The notes under the pieces were generated by a model. It saw nothing but the letters and a program-made list of their open reading frames with translations, had not been told where the DNA came from and searched no databases. From Candidatus Paceibacter sp. (GTDB taxonomy: Bacteria > Patescibacteriota > Patescibacteriia > S139-126), in assembly GCA_020724865.1 (NCBI GenBank), contig DYGA01000005.1, positions 4,094-68,093 of the forward strand: a stretch of DNA of 64,000 nt, given 5' to 3'. Position 1 is the stretch's first letter. The number at the start of each line of letters is the position of its first letter. The position numbers and the translations under genes were made by a program. Of the stretch, positions 58,084 through 64,000 are shown one piece after another.

Positions 58084-58719
58084 ATGCCGTTAAATTTCCT
58101 TACCAAACGTCAAAAACAAATACTTGATTTTATTATTGGTTTTATTGCAGACAATGGTTATGCTCCTACTTTTCAAGAGATTGGTGAATATTTTGATTTG
58201 TCGTCACCGGCTACTGTACATCAGCATATTAAAGCTTTGGAAGAAAAGGGTTATTTAAAATCAGAATACAATGCCAAGCGATCATTAGAAGTTTTATCAG
58301 TCAAAGATGATTCTATGAGTTTAGCTTATCAAATTCCTCTGGTAGGGCTTATTACTGCCGGTGAGCCAATTGAAGCTATCGAAGAGCACGAGACTATTGC
58401 CGTTCCTTCCAATTTAGTACTGCATCAGGAAAATACTTTTGTTTTGCAAGTTAAAGGCGATTCAATGGTTGGAGATGGTATATTGTCCGGTGATTATGTA
58501 GTAGTAGAGAGAAGTAATTATCCAAAAAATGGTGACATAATTGTGGCTTTACTTGATAATACTTATGCAACTTTGAAAAGATTTTATCGTGAGCAAACGA
58601 GAATACGTTTACAGCCGGCCAATGGTAAATATAAGCCAATTTATGTCAAAGATTTGATAGTGCAAGGTATAGTGAGAGGGGTGATTAGGAATTATAGTTA
58701 TATAACACGTAACACATAA
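58084..58719 (+). CDS. lexA: SOS repressor LexA
   Basis: LTKRQ..IL, AG cleavage site, GDSM Ser, TLKR Lys. Confidence 0.98.
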   Translation: MPLNFLTKRQKQILDFIIGFIADNGYAPTFQEIGEYFDLSSPATVHQHIKALEEKGYLKSEYNAKRSLEVLSVKDDSMSLAYQIPLVGLITAGEPIEAIEEHETIAVPSNLVLHQENTFVLQVKGDSMVGDGILSGDYVVVERSNYPKNGDIIVALLDNTYATLKRFYREQTRIRLQPANGKYKPIYVKDLIVQGIVRGVIRNYSYITRNT

Positions 58720-58731
58720 CACGTAACATAT
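58704..58731 (+). repeat. Heptamer array, left arm
   Basis: AACACGT AACACAT AACACGT AACATAT. Confidence 0.85.
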
Positions 58732-59086
58732 GGAGGAGAGATTTCACGATCATTTAAAGAAAATAATGGACGAGTTTGTTCATTTAATTTATAAGGAGAC
58801 TAGAAATTTTCCTAAAGAATAGTTATACGGAGTAACTTCACAAATAAGAAGAGCAGCTTTATCGATAATATTAAATTATATAGAGGGTTTTGCTAGAATA
58901 AAAAACGGCATTAAAATAAATTTTTTAGAAATTTCTTATGGTTCATTAAAAGAGGTAAAGTACCTTTTAAATTTTTCTTTACAGGAAAAATATATATCAG
59001 AATTAAATTATAAAAAATTATTAGGTTATGCAGAGGAAATTGGAGCAATGCTTTGGACAAGTATCAGAGGCTTAAAGGAAAATTAA
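58730..59086 (+). pseudogene. Four-helix bundle protein (23S rRNA IVP/bAvd-like) with in-frame TAG
   Basis: FPKE*LYGVTSQIRRAALSIILNYIEG, FLEISYGSLKE; TAG at 58820-58822 where Glu is usual. Confidence 0.85.
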
Positions 59087-59121
59087 TTTTGTTATGTGTT
59101 ACATGCTAAATGTTACATGAA
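59087..59121 (-). repeat. Heptamer array, inverted right arm
   Basis: TTTTGTT ATGTGTT ACATGCT AAATGTT ACATGAA. Confidence 0.8.
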
Positions 59122-59206
59122 ATAAAACGCCCGTATCTGGCATAAAGGAAGACACGGACGTTTGCACCAACCGTTGCCGTCCTGGCAACAAAATGTTTGT
59201 GGCGCT
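59119..59206 (-). ncRNA. Candidate structured small RNA
   Basis: TTGACT-18-TACAAT promoter (59242-59213), nested stems, terminator hairpin with T tail. Confidence 0.5.
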
Positions 59207-59582
59207 ATTTATATTGTAAAAATATTTTTTCATTATAGTCAAATATTTTCTGGTTGTGGATAACTTTATTTATTTAAATTATTTATTAAGTATTGAGTAG
59301 CAATTATTAAGTTTTATGAATAAAGAAATAATTTTGATTTTTTTACTGAGTTTGTATCTTGTTTTGTGAGTTATTTAGTATTTATAAAATTAAAATTTAC
59401 AATAAACATATGAAAAAAAATAAATTTTTTCTTAAACCCTATTTATTAATCAGAAAGCCAAAATCAGTATTACCGAAACGTAGTATATATTCTTTGACTT
59501 TTGGCCAGTGGCCACGTTTTTCCCGTAGCTAGTTTATTAAACACTAAATCCTATATCCTGCATCCTAAATCCTAAATTTTTT

Positions 59583-59831
59583 ATGCACGAAAAAATTAAT
59601 CAAACAATTGATGTTGAAGTAATATTTTTGCATAATCGAGTAATTCCAAGGAGTTTTTCCTGGCAAGGAGTAATTTATCGTATTAAAACTTTAGGGCTTA
59701 GACATGATACTTATATAGGCAGAGAAAAAATACATTATTTTTCCGTATCAGATGGAGTTAATTTTTTCCGTTTGCGTTTTTCTGGCGACAGTTTAATTTG
59801 GCAATTGGAAGAAATTTATAATGACATGTAA
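59583..59831 (+). CDS. Small DinB-associated protein (DUF6504-like)
   Basis: P.SFSW.G..Y.I and YFSV...W.L pattern; directly before dinB. Confidence 0.7.
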   Translation: MHEKINQTIDVEVIFLHNRVIPRSFSWQGVIYRIKTLGLRHDTYIGREKIHYFSVSDGVNFFRLRFSGDSLIWQLEEIYNDM

Positions 59832-59870
59832 CACATAACATTTAACCTGTAACAAATAATAATTAATTTT

Positions 59871-61091
59871 ATGAAGGGCGAGGATATTATCATGCACGTT
59901 GATATGAATTCGTACTTTGCCACAGTTGAACAGCAAGCCAATCCATTATTGCGTGGTAAGCCAGTAGGAGTATGCGCCTATTTATCGCCCAAGGGTTGCA
60001 TTATTGCTGCTTCTCAGGAAGCCAAAAAATTTGGCGTACGGACGGGTATGCGGGTTAGTGAAGCAAAAAAAATTTGCCCTCAAATTATCTTGTTGGCAAA
60101 TGATCCTGATAAATATAGATTTATTTCCCGGCAGATATTTTCTGTTCTCAAAAAAATATCTGATGATGTAGAAGTTTATTCTATTGACGAGGCATTTATT
60201 GATTTGACTGGATTAGCAAAAGATTTTAATGTCGCTCAAGCGATTGCTAAAAAAATAAAACAAACAATTAGAGATGAAATTGGTAGTTATCTAACTTGTT
60301 CAATAGGAATATCCCACACCAGATGGTTGGCAAAATTTGCTTCCGAAGAAAATAAACCAGACGGTTTAACTATTATTACCCAACAAGATTTAGCAAATAT
60401 ATTTAAAGACCGCCCTTTACAGCATGCTTGGGGCATAGGTCGGGCTTTGGAGTGCCGTTTACAACTTTTAGGTATAGAAAATTTATACCAGTTGCAACAT
60501 AGTTCACCCAGTTTTTTGCAAACTAATTTAGGTTGGTATGGGTATTATTTGTGGTGTCATCTCAATGGTATTGAAGTCGAAGGGGTTGATGCTCAACGGA
60601 ATCAGTTGCCAAAATCAATTGGACATTCTTATTGTTTGCCTAAGATAACAAATGATAAAGATTATTTAGTGAGAATAATGTCCAAATTAACCTGGCAAGC
60701 CGCTAGCCGGATGCGTTCATTAAATCTGCAAACTGGTAAAATTAGTTGTGGTTACCATAATGTTGCTGGGCAAACATTGTTTCGTAGCTGGAAATTGCCC
60801 CGATATTTATATGATTCAGTTGATATTATAAAACAAGCATTACTTTTATTTACTCAACCAATTATCAGTAAAATAAATTTTTTAGCTGTTAGTTTAAATG
60901 ATTTAGTTTTTAGATCAGGTCAGCTTTCATTTTTTACAGATGAAATAAAAAAAAGTAATTTAAATAAAGCCATAGATACTGTCAATAATAAATTTGGCAA
61001 GTTTACATTATTGCCAGGTAGTCTAATAAATTTTCGTGAATTTCCACCTGATAGAATAGGGTTTAGAAAAAACATAAGATATGAATCTTGA
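59871..61091 (+). CDS. dinB: Y-family DNA polymerase IV
   Basis: HVDMNSYFATVE, SIDEAF, KPDG, KSIGHS. Confidence 0.94.
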   Translation: MKGEDIIMHVDMNSYFATVEQQANPLLRGKPVGVCAYLSPKGCIIAASQEAKKFGVRTGMRVSEAKKICPQIILLANDPDKYRFISRQIFSVLKKISDDVEVYSIDEAFIDLTGLAKDFNVAQAIAKKIKQTIRDEIGSYLTCSIGISHTRWLAKFASEENKPDGLTIITQQDLANIFKDRPLQHAWGIGRALECRLQLLGIENLYQLQHSSPSFLQTNLGWYGYYLWCHLNGIEVEGVDAQRNQLPKSIGHSYCLPKITNDKDYLVRIMSKLTWQAASRMRSLNLQTGKISCGYHNVAGQTLFRSWKLPRYLYDSVDIIKQALLLFTQPIISKINFLAVSLNDLVFRSGQLSFFTDEIKKSNLNKAIDTVNNKFGKFTLLPGSLINFREFPPDRIGFRKNIRYES

Positions 61092-61273
61092 GTATTAAGT
61101 CTAGATCATTTAATATGTTAAACAATTTTTGTTAAAGCCTAATTTTAACAGGGTGAATCCAATAAACTCAATTCTCACTATAACCCCATTGATTTTTATT
61201 AAAAAGTGTGCTATAATTAATTTAGTTGATGTTAAAATCAATCAAAAATAAAAATAAAAATTAAAATAAAAAT

Positions 61274-61558
61274 ATGTTTAAAAAAATCAATAATCTTCGG
61301 CTTGATAAATATGCACACCACTTAGCTGTGACAAGTTTAGTGGTTTTTTTAATGGTTTTTAATTTTGCGATGTTTAATTATGCCTCGGCTGCTAGTGGTA
61401 GTAATGTTGATACCAAAGTAAACAATGCTTTAAATACGGTTACAGAAATTTATGATCGTAGCGCCAATTATATGTATGAGTATAGTGTTACTTGGGGAGA
61501 ATTGTTGTTGGGTTGGAATGATTTTATTATTGACACCTATTATATTTTACAAGATTAA
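61274..61558 (+). CDS. Hypothetical membrane-anchored protein
   Basis: Own promoter (TG-n-TATAAT) and terminator near 61578-61606. Confidence 0.65.
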   Translation: MFKKINNLRLDKYAHHLAVTSLVVFLMVFNFAMFNYASAASGSNVDTKVNNALNTVTEIYDRSANYMYEYSVTWGELLLGWNDFIIDTYYILQD

Positions 61559-61667
61559 TTTTTGTATTTAGTTCCTCAATCCCGCTATTTTCAGCGGGAT
61601 TTTTTTTAAATAATTTGTTATAATTTCAATATAATTTAACCAATAATTTTATAATTCTTTTAATATT

Positions 61668-62552
61668 ATGTGGCTTTGGTTAGTAGTAATTGCATATGTG
61701 TTAAATGCGTTAGCAACTTTGATATCTAAACGTTTATTAATAACATCTATTCCTCATCCTGTAGTATTTGTTTTTTATATTGGTGTATTAAACTTGTTGG
61801 CTTTGATACTTATTCCTTTTGGTTTTTTTATACCTAGCAATTTACAAATTTTTATAGCTCTGTTGTCGGGAGGTTCCTATGCGGCTGCTATGTATTATTT
61901 AGCAAAAGCTTTGCATATAGATCAAGCTTCACAAGTGGCTCCCATGATAGGAGGGTTGCAACCGATTTTTGTTTTGGCTTTTGCCTGGTGGTTTTTGCCC
62001 GAGGAGTTATTACTTAAACAGTATTTCGGGATATTTTTTTTGATTTTAGGTTCAATTTTAATGGCTTTAGAAATTGGTAGAAAAAGAATATTTACTGAAA
62101 GTTTTAAATTTATCATAATTTCCAGCGTTCTTTTTGGGTTTTCTTATGCCACTTTAAAACTGGTCTATCTGCAACAAAATTTTATTTCTGGTTTTATTTG
62201 GACTAGATTTGGCACATTTTTATTTGTTATTTTATTGATACTACTGCCAAATAATTGGGCTAAGGTTAGAGATAATTTCAAAGAATCTGGAGAAAAAGTT
62301 AAAGCTATTTTTGTAGTTGGGCAAATTTTGGGCGCACTTAGTTTTTTATTAATAGCTTTTGCTATATCTTTAGGGCCGGTAACTATTATAAATGCTTTAC
62401 AGGGTTTACAGTACGCTGTGTTGTTTATTATTATTTTGTTGTTGGCCAAAAAATATCCTGAATTGTTGGATGAACCACTTAGACGACCAATAGTAATTCA
62501 AAAAACTGTAGCTATTTTAATACTAATTGTTGGTTTGGCATTAGTTATTTAG
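61668..62552 (+). CDS. EamA/DMT family transporter
   Basis: Ten TMs in two repeats. Confidence 0.88.
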   Translation: MWLWLVVIAYVLNALATLISKRLLITSIPHPVVFVFYIGVLNLLALILIPFGFFIPSNLQIFIALLSGGSYAAAMYYLAKALHIDQASQVAPMIGGLQPIFVLAFAWWFLPEELLLKQYFGIFFLILGSILMALEIGRKRIFTESFKFIIISSVLFGFSYATLKLVYLQQNFISGFIWTRFGTFLFVILLILLPNNWAKVRDNFKESGEKVKAIFVVGQILGALSFLLIAFAISLGPVTIINALQGLQYAVLFIIILLLAKKYPELLDEPLRRPIVIQKTVAILILIVGLALVI

Positions 62553-62572
62553 TTTTAATTTATATAATTTTT

Positions 62573-63577
62573 GTGTTTAAAATTTTAAAAAGAGCGTTTT
62601 ATTTTTCTTTTATTACACTGTTTATTTTTAGTGTTATTGGTATTTTTATGAAAAATTTTTCTCAAGAAAAAATAAAATGGGGAGTTACATATTCACAAAT
62701 TTATGCTAGAGAGTTGGGGCTTGATTGGCAACAAGCCTATTTAGATATATTAGATGATTTGCAAGTCAAAAATTTACGTTTGGTAGTTTATTGGCCGCTA
62801 GTTGAACCAAAAGTAGGTGAATTTGATTTTACTGATGTTGATTGGCAAATTGCCGAAGCACAAAAAAGAGGGGTTGATGTTATTTTAGCTATCGGTGAGA
62901 GAGTTCCGCGTTGGCCTGAATGTCATACTCCAGCTTGGGCAATAAACTTACCAGCTGAAGCAAAAGAAGACAGAGTTGTTATTTTGTACGAAGAAACTGT
63001 AAAACATTTTCAAATATATTCCAATATCACCGCTTGGCAAGTGGCCAATGAACCGTTTTTAAAAAGTTTTGGCAAGTGCAATGAAATAACTTCAGAACAG
63101 TTAGCTAATTATATAAAAATAATTAAAACCTATGATCAAAGAAAACGACCTATTATACTGACCGAATCAGGAGAACTTTCAACATGGATAAAAAGTGCAA
63201 AATTGGCTGATATCATTGGCACTTCACTTTATCGTACAGTTTGGAATCAGTATTTTGGTTATTGGCGTTATCCTTGGCCCCCAGCATATTATCGCTGGCA
63301 CGCTGATTTGATTATGAAATTTTATCCAGTAGAAAAAGTTATCATTTCTGAATTACAAGCTGAACCTTGGCCACCTGGAAAACATATTTTGCAGACAACT
63401 TTAGAAGAGCAATTTAAGTCTTTTGATTTAAAACGTTTGCAAGACAACATTTCTTATACGAAAAAAACTGGTTTTGATGAAGTTTATTTATGGGGAGTTG
63501 AATGGTGGTATTGGTTAAAAGAAAAACAAAATCATCCTGAATTTTGGCTGGAAGCTAAAAAAAGTTTTCAACAATAA
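62573..63577 (+). CDS. Membrane-anchored clan GH-A glycoside hydrolase
   Basis: WQVANEPF acid/base, ISELQAEPW nucleophile, LWG.EWW. Confidence 0.8.
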   Translation: MFKILKRAFYFSFITLFIFSVIGIFMKNFSQEKIKWGVTYSQIYARELGLDWQQAYLDILDDLQVKNLRLVVYWPLVEPKVGEFDFTDVDWQIAEAQKRGVDVILAIGERVPRWPECHTPAWAINLPAEAKEDRVVILYEETVKHFQIYSNITAWQVANEPFLKSFGKCNEITSEQLANYIKIIKTYDQRKRPIILTESGELSTWIKSAKLADIIGTSLYRTVWNQYFGYWRYPWPPAYYRWHADLIMKFYPVEKVIISELQAEPWPPGKHILQTTLEEQFKSFDLKRLQDNISYTKKTGFDEVYLWGVEWWYWLKEKQNHPEFWLEAKKSFQQ

Positions 63578-63916
63578 AATATTTTAAAAAAAATTTAAAT
63601 TTATTTTTTTAAATTTAGCCTAAATTTAAGTTTAAAAGTAAAAATTTAAAAAATTTAATACACAAAAATGGCTAATTTTAGCCATTTTTTATTGAGTTTG
63701 AACAATAAATTTATCCACACGTCAGTTATTTGGTAAAAATTGGTATTTTATGTTATAATTTATCTGAAAAATAGTTTTTAAACATAACCAAAAGGTATTG
63801 AAAATTTTTATTTAAAAAACAATTTTTTAATCAATTATTTTAATTATTTATTACTGCCAATTATTGGCAGAAAAAAAATATAAAAAATCAATCTCGACCC
63901 TCGAGATACAAAGAAA

Positions 63917-64000
63917 ATGAAGACATACTTAAAAAAAATTACTGATAGTAAAAATTACATTACTCTCAAACAAGCAGCGGAAATTTCAGGATATTCTCCT
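63917..64000 (+). CDS. Partial ORF starting with an HTH-like segment
   Basis: MKTYLKKITDSKNYITLKQAAEISGYSP runs off the window end. Confidence 0.6.
   Translation, partial: MKTYLKKITDSKNYITLKQAAEISGYSP

Noticed and set aside
58820-58822. Genome-wide stop-codon reassignment
   Set aside because: secY and rplU end at TAG and rplD at TGA at expected lengths; Trp uses TGG with tRNA-Trp(CCA).
58730-59206. Diversity-generating retroelement suggested by the bAvd-like gene
   Set aside because: No reverse transcriptase and no TR/VR pair with adenine-specific mismatches seen in the window.
57002-59857. CRISPR array
   Set aside because: Units are contiguous degenerate 7-mers with no spacers; no cas genes.
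63578-63916. Replication origin
   Set aside because: AT-rich with only one clear DnaA box and no dnaA/dnaN in view.

Overview
AT-rich bacterial chromosome segment, inferred to be Patescibacteria/CPR (Parcubacteria-like): uL30 is missing from the spc operon, several r-proteins have long low-complexity tails, and core genes lack Shine-Dalgarno (SD) sites. Standard code 11. Contents: tuf and the S10-spc cluster through secY-adk-map, rplU, recR-ybaB-dnaB, transporters, a Zur/ZIP locus, asnS/aspS, scpAB, tpiA/fba, six tRNAs, rpmG, murB, HU, a full Rrf2-sufCBDSU operon and a lexA-(four-helix bundle pseudogene)-dinB SOS cassette. No CRISPR, rRNA, integrase, transposase or reverse transcriptase was seen. 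Best candidate for an undescribed system, at 24570-25075: a promoter drives an apparently leaderless 17-aa peptide with six consecutive Asn codons, followed by mutually exclusive antiterminator/terminator hairpins. Read-through would produce a ~350-nt multi-helix RNA with tRNA-Asn at its tip, i.e. a ribosome-mediated, amino-acid-sensing attenuator controlling a tRNA gene. Other signals: tRNA-Thr(GGT) nested in a similar scaffold with a decayed copy of itself; inverted 7-bp tandem-repeat arrays that are either empty or enclose a four-helix-bundle gene; stand-alone SD-led mini-cassettes in an otherwise SD-less region; two candidate sRNAs with anti-SD-like sequence. All structures were paired by eye and all family calls come from motif recognition, not database searches.
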